Assembly (NCBI GenBank): GCA_965240325.2
Contig: OZ251235.1
Span: forward strand, 1,922,001-1,986,000
Direction: 5' to 3'
Length of the DNA stretch: 64,000 nucleotides
Origin: Rebecca billardiae RCC1528
Taxonomy: Eukaryota > Protista > Haptophyta
A program made the position numbers and the translations under genes. The notes beneath the pieces were generated by a model. That model saw only the letters and a list, made by a program, of their open reading frames with translations, ran no database searches and was not told the origin of the DNA. The first letter of the stretch is position 1; the number at the start of each line of letters is the position of its first letter. Shown here piece after piece: positions 1-10,461 of this stretch.

Positions 1-502
1 GATGATCAGTCAACGGTGAGCAAGACGGGGGGGGCGGGGCGGGGGGCGACACGGCACGAGGCCCTGACGGCCGAGCTGGCTGGCGAGCCGTTGTGCGCCG
101 CAGCATACGCAGCGCCGCACGCGCGCTGCCGGCGAGGGCACGGGCGGTGATCAGACACGGCGGCGGCCAGCAGGCACGGTGCCGGCTCTCGCCTGCGCGC
201 TCGGCCCGCAGGGCGCGTGCCAGTCAGTCATTGGCGCGGCAGCCGGCGGCGGCTGCGACGTGCCGTCAGCGGCCGCCGCGAGCGTGCGTGGCGACAACTG
301 CAGCGATGCCTGGCTGTCGCGGTGCGGCTCGCAGAACAGCGCACGGGCGCCACGTCTCCATCACGCCACGGCTCCAGCGCGCCCTGACGCGGCCCGGCAC
401 TCACGCCCACACGAGCTGCGAAGACGCGCGCCTTGCCATCGCGCGAGAGTGGGGGTCGTCGGGCCCGGCCGCGAATCGCCGGCCGTTTTGAAACCCGCTG
501 CC

Positions 503-1143
503 GCTGTATCACTGTATCACTGTATCTGCCTGTATCACTGCCGCCGCGCCGCGCCGCCGTCCACCCGGACTGCCGCCACCCGGACTACAGGCCACCTGTA
601 TCACTGTATCACTGTATCTGCCTGTATCACTGATACGGGGGGGCTCCTCCCGGCCGCGCCGCCGCGCCGCGCCGCCGTCCACCCGGACTGCCGCCACCCG
701 GACTACAGGCCACCTGTATCACTGTATCACTGTATCTGCCTGTATCACTGATACGGGGGGGCTCCTCCCGGCCGCGCCGCCGCGCCGCGCCGCCGTCCAC
801 CCGGACTGCCGCCACCCGGACTACACTCTACAGGCCACCTGTATCACTGTATCACTGTATCTGCCTGTATCACTGATACGGGGGGGGCTCCTCCCGGCCG
901 CGCCGCCGCGCCGGGCCGCCGTCCACCCGGACTGCCGCCACCCGGACTACAGGCCACCTGTATCACTGTATCACTGTATCTGCCTGTATCACTGATACGG
1001 GGGCGGGCTCCTCCGCCGGCCGCGCCGCCGCGCCGCGCCGCCGTCCACCCGGACTGCCGCCACCCGGACTACAGGCCACCTGTATCACTGTATCACTGTA
1101 TCTGCCTGTATCACTGATACGGCGGGGGGCTCCCGTCCCGGCC
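503..1143 (+). repeat. Tandem array of ~118-124 bp units (about 5.5 copies) built on CTGTATCA motifs
   Basis: The unit ctgtatcactgtatcactgtatctgcctgtatcactgatacgggggg...ccacccggactgccgccacccggactacaggccac recurs at about 503, 596, 714, 838, 958 and 1079. Confidence 0.95.
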
Positions 1144-1324
1144 ACCGCGCCGGCTCCGCACGCCCGCCGCCGGCCCCGGACTCAGGCGCGGACTTCCGTC
1201 GCCCGGACTCTGAAATCCGGTGCCAAGCCCGGGGGCGGGTGGCGGCGGCAGTCCGGGCATCCGGCGCGGCGGGCGGACGGCGCGCCCAGTGGGCGACGCT
1301 GCGCGGCCCGACGGTCGTCAGCCG

Positions 1325-1672
1325 GCCGAGGAGCCCCCCTGTATCAGTGATACAGGCCGAGATACAGTGATACAGTGATACAGGTGGCCTGTAGTCCGGG
1401 TGGCGGCAGTCCGGGTGGACGGCGGCGCGGCGCGGCGGCGCCGGGCCGGGAGGAGCCCCCCCCGTATCAGTGATACAGGCAGATACAGTGATACAGTGAT
1501 ACGGGTGGCCTGTAGTCCGGGTGGCGGCAGTCCGGGCGGGCGGCTGCCGGCGCGTGCTGCGCGGCGGCGTGGCCGGGACGGGAGCCCCCCGTATCGTCAG
1601 TGATACAGGCGAATACAGTGATGATACAGTGATACAGGTGGCCTGTAGTCCGGATTAGGCGGTAGTCCGGGC
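1325..1672 (-). repeat. Inverted copies (about 3) of the same ~120 bp unit
   Basis: gtatcagtgatacaggcagatacagtgatacagtgatacaggtggcctgtagtccgggtggcggcagtccggg is the reverse complement of the 503-1143 unit. Copies lie at about 1340, 1464 and 1590. Confidence 0.93.
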
Positions 1673-2196
1673 GGCGGGCGGCGCGCTGACGTATGGACAC
1701 GGTGCCGCGGCGGCTGGGGCTGTGCAGCCTGTCGTAGGTGGGTCCCTCCCAACTGGGGCGATGTTCTGGCGCACTCAGAATGGCGTCCTAGATTTCGTCT
1801 CTCACCCAGAATCGACGCTGTAAATGCGTCCCATCGGGGCGGAGCAAAAGTTTCGACCTCAAAACCTACTCCGCGTGCCGTCGCGCGGCCGAGCGCGCGC
1901 GCGCCGCGCCACTAGTGTCACATAGAGATTTTGCGAAGCGTTACTTGATGGTTATGGTGGCTAGATGGCGACATGCGATCGGAATGACTTATTGGCAACC
2001 GCTGACACCCGACCGAACCATTTTATGAAGCAAAGAGTGGGGCTCTATGCTGTGCGCGGATACCTCCAACAAACTACAGCAAGATCGAGCAGATTACCCA
2101 CTTTGTATATAGACAATTACCCGTATATAGAACGACGGTTACCCACTTTATATTGACCATGGATGTGGCTCATTATATATTCAAATTCGTTCCGAT

Positions 2197-3234
2197 ATGT
2201 GGGTACGTTTGTTGGGTCATCGAATAGGCGCCGAGCGACGCGGACACAGGCAAACCGGGCCGCAACCGGACTGCCTGCGAGTGGCAGTGTTTGTGGCGGG
2301 CTGCGTGCCGAGGCACGCATCATCGCCCGCCACCGAGCATGCCACCGTCGTCACACGGGAGCCCTCCGCCGTCGAGGCTGGACTATCAGCCAACGCCACC
2401 GCCGGAGCTTGCCGCGCTCGGCGGCTTCCGTGCTCGTACTCCGCGTGTCACCGGTCGTCGTATGCCCACCCGCGTGAGGCCGCCACCAGTCCACGACTAC
2501 CGCAGCTGCAGCCCATGCCGTCGACGATACCTCCTACAATCTTCTTGCCAGGCAGCAATACGATAGGTTCACCGACGCTGCTGCTAGGCTGAGAGCACTC
2601 AGCCAGTTGGCCGGCGAGACGTCAGATGGTTGAGCTGCTGGCCTAGCCATCACGTTGCGGCTTCCGCTCGCTCAAGTACACCCAACGTGACGACGAGAAC
2701 GTGCCGGGCAATCATCAGACATGCGTCTGAGGGGTCTACCACGCCTAGCCGTAGATTTGCTGAGTACGAGTCTTCGCAGATAACAAGCGGAACGAGTGGG
2801 ACCACCCGATGGCAGGAGCAACAGCGTGGGGTGGCACCCGCGCCTGTCAACGCGACCGCGTTCTGTCAAGAATGGACCCATATCCTGCGACCACGCTCGA
2901 GCACCGCATATTATGCCCACACTCGGCATAGGGAAGGATCGCTGAGCGCCTGCTGCCGCTGTCAAAGGCCCTGCTGATCTTCCTGGCGCTTGATCGTGCA
3001 CACGGATGGCAAGTCAGCGTGCTCGATGCACATCGCGGCGGCTTCTCAGCATCCCAAGTCCTCAGTGCACCCATCCCAGGCCTGCTGGTCGATGATTGGT
3101 ACCAACCCCCACCAAACACGCCCTCTCGGAAGTCGCCAATCGCTCACATGGCTCCCCGAGAGCCCGGGGCTGGCTGTCGTGCGTTCTCACGAGCAGCTTG
3201 CGCGCAGCCCAATTGTCACCTTCACGGTGCGTAG
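2197..3234 (+). pseudogene. Possible decayed coding sequence (likely TE-derived), family unknown
   Basis: One frame reads as protein-like text (GFRSLKYTQRDDENVPGNH...VRVFADNKRNEWDHPM...RIAERLLPLSKALLIFLALD) and is interrupted only by TGA/TAG stops. GC is lower than in host genes. Confidence 0.3.
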
Positions 3235-3918
3235 AGCTGCTCAAGATGGCGGGAGCGTCAAGAGTATGCACATGCCTGATGGTGACCCATGCCTCCCGTC
3301 GCCTGACCCGCCTGTAGCGAAAAGTGACCCTGCTCGAAGGCACGGGTCGAACACCTGCCGATCGATTCAAGTTGTCTGTACGCGTCTAGCCGGGCGAGAG
3401 TCAAACATGCGGGCACGTGCCAGGCGGGGGATGTGTGACCACGGATCCCATCCGTGAGCACGCGCAAAGCGCTGGAGCGCGCGATAGGTGTTGGCAGTAG
3501 TCTACCCGACACACGGCGGCTCGGTCGCGCTGGAGAGGCACTCCGACATCGTCGGGAGCGTTCAGATCGGACCTCGGCCGGCGGCCCGGCGATTTTCCCG
3601 AGCCGCGCCCCGCGCGAAAGAAATCCGGCCAGAGAACCCGGTAAATGTTTAAAAGACCGCTGGAAAATCGCCAGGGACCCACCTACCTGTCGGCTCAGGG
3701 CCCTGTATCAGCCGGCATTGATACACAGCTGGGCTGTATCAGGTGGCATTGATACACAGCCGGGCTGTATCAGCTGGTGTTGGTGCCCACTGATACAGCC
3801 CAAGATGAGTATTGTCTAAGGGGGATCAGACGTGTGCCGCCGGCCAACCAGCGCTCGCGGACGGCTGCGCTTCTCGGAAACCGACAGATTCTGGCAAAAC
3901 TCGGGGGGCACGCCTGAC

Positions 3919-3971
3919 GTCTCAACTCTCATGTCTGACATGAGACTCATGTCTGACATGAGAGTTGAGAC
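3919..3971. repeat. 53-bp nested palindrome
   Basis: gtctcaact[ctcatgtctgacatgag]a[ctcatgtctgacatgag]agttgagac; the outer 17-bp arms are perfect inverted repeats. Confidence 0.95.
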
Positions 3972-4519
3972 TGTCTTGGCAGATGCAGACTTGGCAGCGC
4001 AGGGTTTCCTAAGCAGTGGCCGCGGCACCGACGCTGGTCAGCAGCGGCGGCCTGCCGGCAGCCTGCTCCCGCTCCGTAGTGCGCCACGGGCGAGACTCAG
4101 ATCAGTCATCGGAATGAGTCTTAGTCCCTGACCCTGTCCGCCACGACCCGGCTCGTCGGCACGGTGTGATTCGGAGGCTGACAGCTCCCGACGGCCAACA
4201 GCCCGACTGCTTCGAGCCTCAGACGTAGGCGGCAGCCAGCGCGCCACCACTGCGGCGCGCCAGCCGTCCGACCCACTCCTCGTCGCGGTGTGTGAAGCAC
4301 GCCCGCCGCCGGCCCCTGGGGCGTCAGGCCGCGCCAGTCGGCCGCCGGGGCCCCGGGCCCGCAGGTTTCGTCGTGGTGGGCAGTCCCAGACAGACACGCG
4401 CCCACTGCCCGGCACGGCGGCTGCTGCGCCTGCTGGCTGAGCATGCGCCAGCCTTGCGTCAGCTCGGGCCGAGCGCGCGCGTGGGAGCGGCCGCTCGGCG
4501 CCGCGCGGGCCCCGCCGGC

Positions 4520-5356
4520 TCAGACGCCGTTCTTGTTCGGCCCGTACGGCTGGACGAACGCGCTGCGCAGCGGGTGCACCTCGCCGTGCACGCGCGGCGG
4601 CGGGCCAATCACAGTGCTCGACGTGCCATAACCGCCGATGGATGCGACGCGCCAGTAGCTCGCCGGCGCGGCCGTGGCGGAGCGGGGCCGAGGCCTCCTC
4701 GCGGGGGACCGGCCGTCGGCCCCCGCGCTCGGCGCGGCTGCGGCTGGACCCGCGCGTGCGCTCATCGGCCGCCGGTTCTTCACCGGCTGCGCGCTGGGCT
4801 GCTCCTCCGCCGGCGTGGACGGCGGCGGTTTCAAAGGCGGTCGCGGGAACGAGGGCGGCCGCGTCTCGAGCTGCGTCGAGTAGCTCGAGTACTGGCGGAC
4901 GGTGCTCGCCGACGCCGGGCGTATGCGACGGCGCTCCGAGCCCACGATCGGCTGCTCCAGCGCCGTCGGCGGCCACGCCGCCGCAGCCGACCTCGGTCGC
5001 GGCCGCGGCGCGCCCGCGCCCGCGCCCGCCCTCTCAGCCTCCTTCGGCGTGTGGCGCAGCGTGTGGCGCTGGATCTGCGGGCGTGGCCTCGGCGGGCGCG
5101 GCTCGGCCACGAACGTCGACGGCAGCGTGTACGCCGCGGGCGTGAGCGCGGGCGGCGCGGCGATGCGGCGCGAGACGTATCGCACCTCGTCCTCGTGGTA
5201 ACGACCGACGCGCGCGGACGGCCGCCTGGGCTTGCCCATCATGGGCGTCTCGCGGCGCACGTACGCCTGCGCAAAGTTGGACTCCCATCTGTACGAGCGC
5301 AACTGCAGCGTGTCGTACGCCGCCGGCCCGGGCGAGGCGAGCCCTTGCACGAGCAT
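4520..5356 (-). CDS. Hypothetical protein with sperm-tail PG-rich (SHIPPO/STPG-like) motifs, possibly flagellar
   Basis: 278-aa ORF with a gccATG start context and motifs SPGPAAYD, TPAAYTLP and RPxSA; codon usage is host-like. Confidence 0.55.
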   Translation of the reverse strand: MLVQGLASPGPAAYDTLQLRSYRWESNFAQAYVRRETPMMGKPRRPSARVGRYHEDEVRYVSRRIAAPPALTPAAYTLPSTFVAEPRPPRPRPQIQRHTLRHTPKEAERAGAGAGAPRPRPRSAAAAWPPTALEQPIVGSERRRIRPASASTVRQYSSYSTQLETRPPSFPRPPLKPPPSTPAEEQPSAQPVKNRRPMSARAGPAAAAPSAGADGRSPARRPRPRSATAAPASYWRVASIGGYGTSSTVIGPPPRVHGEVHPLRSAFVQPYGPNKNGV

Positions 5357-5492
5357 GGCGGCGATGCGCGCCGCGGCTGTTGGGGAGGGCGCGCGGGGCC
5401 CGCTGGGCCCAGTCTGGGCCGTGCACGCACTCTCGACGAGTCGTTCTTGTTGGAACGGCTGCCGTACGTCTGCCGAACCAAGGCCGAACTCA

Positions 5493-5512
5493 CGATTGGA
5501 CGCGATTGGACG
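5493..5512. promoter_or_regulatory. Tandem CCAAT boxes (CGATTGGACG x2) in a 243-bp divergent intergenic gap
   Basis: An exact 10-bp direct repeat containing ATTGG lies between the head-to-head starts at 5356(-) and 5600(+). Confidence 0.35.
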
Positions 5513-5599
5513 CCGGATTATTGAGCCGGACTCTCTCCGTAATGAAAAGCGGGTAGTCGCCTATTCGGCGTCGCGAGCTATTACGCAGAGATTCTCACG

Positions 5600-7715
5600 A
5601 TGGGGGCGAGGCCCATCGCGCTCGCGCTCGCGCTCTTGACGAGCGTGCACAGCGTGGAGCCGCCCATCCCGCTCCGCCGCGCGCACCAGGTGGTGCGGCG
5701 CCAGCGCGACAAGTCGCTGCGCACGTCCAGCAGGCGCGCCGTCAAGTTCTCGATCAACATTCACGAGGGCCACGCGCCGCCCGGCTCGGCGGCGGCCGCC
5801 GCGACGGACGCCGCGCTGCACGGGCGCAGCGGCCGGCGGCGGCGTCCGGAGCTGAGCTGGAGCGTGGACACGATCTCGACGTTCGAGTGGCACATCGGCC
5901 AGTGCGACAGCCTCGCCGACGTGTACGACCGCGTGCTCGTGCCGGGCGAGCCGCCGCGCCTCGCGCCCGCCGAGACCATCCACGAAATTGCCGTGCCCGC
6001 CACGCTCGCCGTCCGGCACAGCGCGGGAACGGGGGGCGCGCGCGCGCCGCCGAGCCCCGGCGGCGTGGGGGGCTCGCACGCGCGGCTCACGCCGCCCGAG
6101 CCCGACGAGCCCGACGAGCCGGACGAGCGCTCGGCCTCCAGCGACGCGGGCGGCGGCGGCGCGGGCGGCGGCGCGGCGGGCGCGGCGGGCGCGGCGGGCG
6201 CGGCGGGCGCGGCGGGCGCGGCGGGCGCGGCGCAGCGGCTCGGCGCGTGCACAATCCGGGAGCGGCCGCAGTATGTTCCGCTCGAGCACATCTACCCGAA
6301 CGTGGCGCCGGTGGCGGCGACGGTGGTGGCGGCGCTGAAGGGCGGCGTGCGCGAGGTGCACGACTTCGACTTCGTCACCGAGCGCCGCTGCCTCAAGCGC
6401 ATCGCGTCCCTGTCGCACGCGCTCTGCACCGAGCTGCAGCTTCTGAACGGGACCGTGTTCGCACGCGACGTGCCCAAGCACCGCTGCGTGAACTACGGCT
6501 CGGTCGGGCACCAGTTCCACCGGCTGTGCGCGCCGCCGCGGCCGGGTGCGCCGCTCTCCGAGTTCTTTCACCTCACCGACTTCCGCTGCGGGCCGCACCG
6601 GTTGCTCGTCGCGAGCGAAGTCGACTGCTGGACCGAGGATGGCGCGGGCGTCGAGCTCAAGATTGGCAAGCTCGGAGGTGCGCCTCCGAGATTGCAATCT
6701 CCGCCGGCTGGTGGGGGCGGGGGAGGGCGCGCGCGATCGACGGGGATGTGCGCCACGGGGAGCGCTGACGGTGTTTCCGAAGCCGTGCGCGGCGTGCTTT
6801 CTCCGCGCGCGGCGGTGCGCACCGCGCCGGCAAGCGCTGAGGGGCGCGCGGAGGGGCGCGGCGGCGGCCGCACCGCGCGGCATGGTTCGGACGGGCGCGC
6901 GCCGGGCGGGGAGGATGCGCGCGTGCACGCCACGTTGCCGCGCACCTTTTCGCGCGCGCACGCGCGTACCATCATATGCTACCACGCACGCGCCTGGCGC
7001 GTGTGTGCGCTTGTGCTCACACGCGGACGCCCACTGCCGCCCGGCGCGGGCCGCGCGCCCGCTGCCCCGCGCGCGTCGGCCCTCCGCCGCAGGTCTCTCC
7101 ACCTGGACGCAGTGCCTCTTCGCCAACGTGCCGTACGTCCTGCGCGGCACGAGCAAGGCCGCGGGCGCGGGCGAGTGGGCCATCCAGCGCGTGGACGCCT
7201 TCGACGTGAACGCGATGCTAAACGAGGGCGTGAAGCGCTCCTCGATGGCGATGTTCGTGCGCGTGCTCAGCCGGCTGCGCCGCTGCATGGTCGAGGGGCG
7301 AGTGTACAGGCTGCAGCGGGAGCAGCGCAACATCGTCTGCTTCGAGCTCGGCCCGGCGGTGGCGCCGCTGATCACGCGAGACGAGATTGACTGGCTGCGC
7401 TCGCGGGCGGACGGCGACAGCGCGCCGGCGAGTGCGCCGCCCCTCGCGCCCGCGCGGCCGACGCGCGGCGGCCTGGCGCCATCGGCCAAGGCGCTCGCAG
7501 CCAACGGGCAGCCGCGCGCGAGGCAGCCTGGCAGGGGAGTCGCGCGGGGGCCGCCGTCCCGGCAGCACCGCGGCGGGGCCGGGCGCCTTGACGACCCCGC
7601 GCAGCAGGATTCGCGCGCGACCAGCAGCCCGGCCCCGTCCGCGTCCGGGCGGGCGTCGTCTGGCGGAGCAGCCGATTCTGCCGGCGATGGCGGCGGCGGC
7701 AGTGGCGGGCTGTAA
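5600..7715 (+). CDS. DXO/Rai1 (Dom3Z)-like PD-(D/E)xK decapping nuclease family protein, 2 exons
   Basis: Exons 5600-6677 and 7093-7715. The intron 6678-7092 (GTGCGC...CCGCAG) joins the frames as ELKIGKLG-GLSTWTQ. Motifs DFVTER, GHQF, SEVD, VELK and WTQCLFANVPxVxRG follow the DXO/Rai1 motif order. Confidence 0.7.
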
Positions 7716-8606
7716 CGGCCAGGACTGATGACGACACGACGGGCCTTCCGATCGGCGGGCGATCGCGCCGCGAATCGCGATCGGGCCGCCGGATATCGTC
7801 GTCGTCGGACTCGTCGGCTTCCGGAGGCGGCCGGATCGAGCGCTACTCCGTACTCGCGGAGACGCTCTGCGCCTGCACTCTGCAGGCGCAAGGCGGCTCT
7901 GCCACTTACCATCAGCCATCACTACTGGCACTGCGCCATGAATAACCATCCGCCCGGTATATGCTGATCTACTCGCGTCATACAACTACAGCGCACCGGA
8001 CTCGCGATCGGCGATATGGCCTGCTACTCATACTGCGGGCTCCGGCTTCGGTCTGCACCCGCCGGCACCCGCCTCACCCGGCACCCAGTGGGCCCAGCAG
8101 TCCCGAGTCCGGACAGTTGACGAGCGTTATATTACAGCATCTTATTGACATTATCAGCAGTCATATATATATGTATATATATATATATATATATCACTGA
8201 TGATGCAATAATCGGCGGGCGGATCGCCGCCTCCGGTGATCTACAATAGCTCCTAGACCACCCCAGGTGGTCCGGGCCTTGGACCGTATTCTACTCTCAT
8301 CTGAAGCCCAGCAGTTAGACGTCTGCCGTCTGCGTACACACGTGCCAATTTAGTATTATTATTAGTAGTAATAATGACTGTGATCATAATTAACCTATAG
8401 CTATTACCAACCGACGATCTCAGCGACGTGTCTGCAGCGTAATGGCGTCACACCTGAGCCGCGCAGGTGTGTGTTAAATCGGCTGAGTGCTGATGACTGT
8501 GCAGCCCTCGTGCCTGTGTCTTTTTAAAATCATAGAACTAGTACACGGACGAACACTGTTGCGCCGGCTCAGATGGGCAGCGGCGGCTGCAACTCACTCT
8601 CTAGTA

Positions 8607-8770
8607 GGTGGGAATCGCAAAGACGTCCATATGAGGCGCGCTCAAAAAGGTAACGACATGCGTTCTCGATTCCCGAGGCGTGCCTAATCAAAAAACGTTT
8701 GAGGCCCCATTGTTCGTATTCCTACTCCGGTATTACTTTGGACAGCAGTAGGTGACAACAATTAAGGTAG
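8607..8770 (+). repeat. Solo copy of the terminal segment of the 15356-26170 inverted-repeat element
   Basis: gggaatcgcaa...gcgcgctcaaaaaggtaacgacatgcgttctcgattcccgaggcgtgcctaatc...ttcgtattcctactccggtattacttt matches 15356-15510 (reverse complement), 23815-23896 and 26101-26170. Confidence 0.85.
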
Positions 8771-9016
8771 GTTGTCGTCTGGGAATCCGGCATCCGCCCC
8801 TGCAGCCTCCGTTGATGTGGTTGACGATGAGCTTGTTCAGTCAGGCCTGTGAGTGCTGCGACCTTGCTGCCGCCACACGCTGGCGCAGTCTGCGCGCAGC
8901 TTTGGCACCGTCGGCGGCGTCGGCTCAGTCGCTCTTCCCGTCATCCAGGGACAATAAATCACATACACATATATATATCAGAATTTTACTATATATATAG
9001 TAAAAGTCTGCTGCTG

Positions 9017-9047
<31 letters not shown>

Positions 9048-9337
9048 CAATATTAAATATGTATCTGGTAGTAATACATGAATATAATGACCGCGTTCAG
9101 CGGTCCTTTTCTGCATAGAATCAACGCAGTTGGGGGCCCGCGGTGGCCGTGCAATCGCGGCTCTCCGCCGTAGTGGCAGTTCGCCAGTTGAAGTCGGTTC
9201 TGAGATGACTGAAGCTATTAGTCCGACCGTCGCCCTGCCTGCGCGACCGCTAGACTCATTCACACTTCACACAATCACAGCAGCGGACCTGAGACCGCAC
9301 CCGGCACCGGTCGTCAAATCGGACGTCCGTCTGACAA

Positions 9338-9484
9338 CTAGCTGCCAAATGTCCAACTGGCTGATCAGCTCGGATCCGACCCGTCCGCGATCGTGCCATC
9401 GGCATCGGAATTACTACTAGTAGCTGCCAAACTGTGTCCAACTCTGGCTGATCAGCTCGGATCCGACCCGTCCGCGATCGTGCC
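9338..9484 (+). repeat. Local ~60 bp direct duplication
   Basis: tagctgccaaa...ctggctgatcagctcggatccgacccgtccgcgatcgtgcc occurs at about 9339 and 9421. Confidence 0.85.
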
Positions 9485-10461
9485 GAGTGAGTCGTGCCGC
9501 GGAGCTCGGAGTACTGAAGGAGTCGGGTGTGACAGCAGGGTGCTTTAGCGCTGCGGCCCGTGCCAGCCAACGACCAGACGTACTCTGGCCACTTGACCCG
9601 TTGCACTGGTGAGTGACCGTACGCCCTGCCTAGTGCCTACCGCGCGCGCCGCGCGACCGGCGACTCGGGGTGATGGAGAGCGGATGGCGACAGCAGCAGC
9701 AGTCCTCATGAAGACGATGAAACTGGCGGCACGGGTGCACGAGGTGGCAGGCGAAAGCGCGCCGACGAGACCGCATTTGACACACCTGAGCCGCACGCGC
9801 GTGCCGTCGCCGAGCGGCGAGCGCTGCAAACGCGCAACCGTACCGCGCGCGCCACGACGGCGCGGCACTAGCTGATGCAGGCCGTACTGCCGGCACTGCT
9901 TCTGCGATCATGCGCCACGGTCGCAGCTGACTGCGTGAGCAGCAAGCGGGAGGCGGGTCCGGAGGCACGTGCAGGCGCCGTCCCGCATATCCGCCATCGC
10001 CCATCGTGCCGGGGCACGTCACCTCCGACGATCCGGATGTGGCCCAGTCCGGACGTCACGCGATCCGGGAAGACGAGTACGATTCGCTCGTAACGAACCG
10101 TTACACTAAAGTTACGGCCAGGCTCACGTCCCGTCCATCGATTACTTATGGAATCAGCTGGGCGCGCTCTTTTTCGGCCTAATAGACCTCTCTATGCGAT
10201 CTCAAAAACTCGAAACTCGGTCTCCGCCAGCCCTATAAAATCGCCCCCCGTCCCTTTTTTTCCGCCGCCCCCCGTCCCTTTTTTCTTGATCAAAGATCTT
10301 TTTGAAACGTGGTTCGGGCCCGCTGGTGCGGGCTCCACGCTGCGCGCTCCGCCCTGCACCGCGGGCCATAAGGGCCAAGGGCCGGTCCACACGCCCTCAG
10401 ATTTGCTGCGTGACGACGACTCCGCTCTCGGCTTCGTGAGTTCGGTCGTCGTCACATCATA

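Noticed and set aside
503-1672. CRISPR-like array
   Set aside because: The intervening sequences are identical rather than unique spacers, there are no cas genes, and the context is eukaryotic.
5561-7912. 783-aa minus-strand ORF
   Set aside because: It is the antisense shadow of the DXO-like gene and has no recognisable motifs.
9630-9871. MITE bounded by ctagtgcc/ggcactag
   Set aside because: The inverted match is only 8 bp, with no TSD and no second copy.
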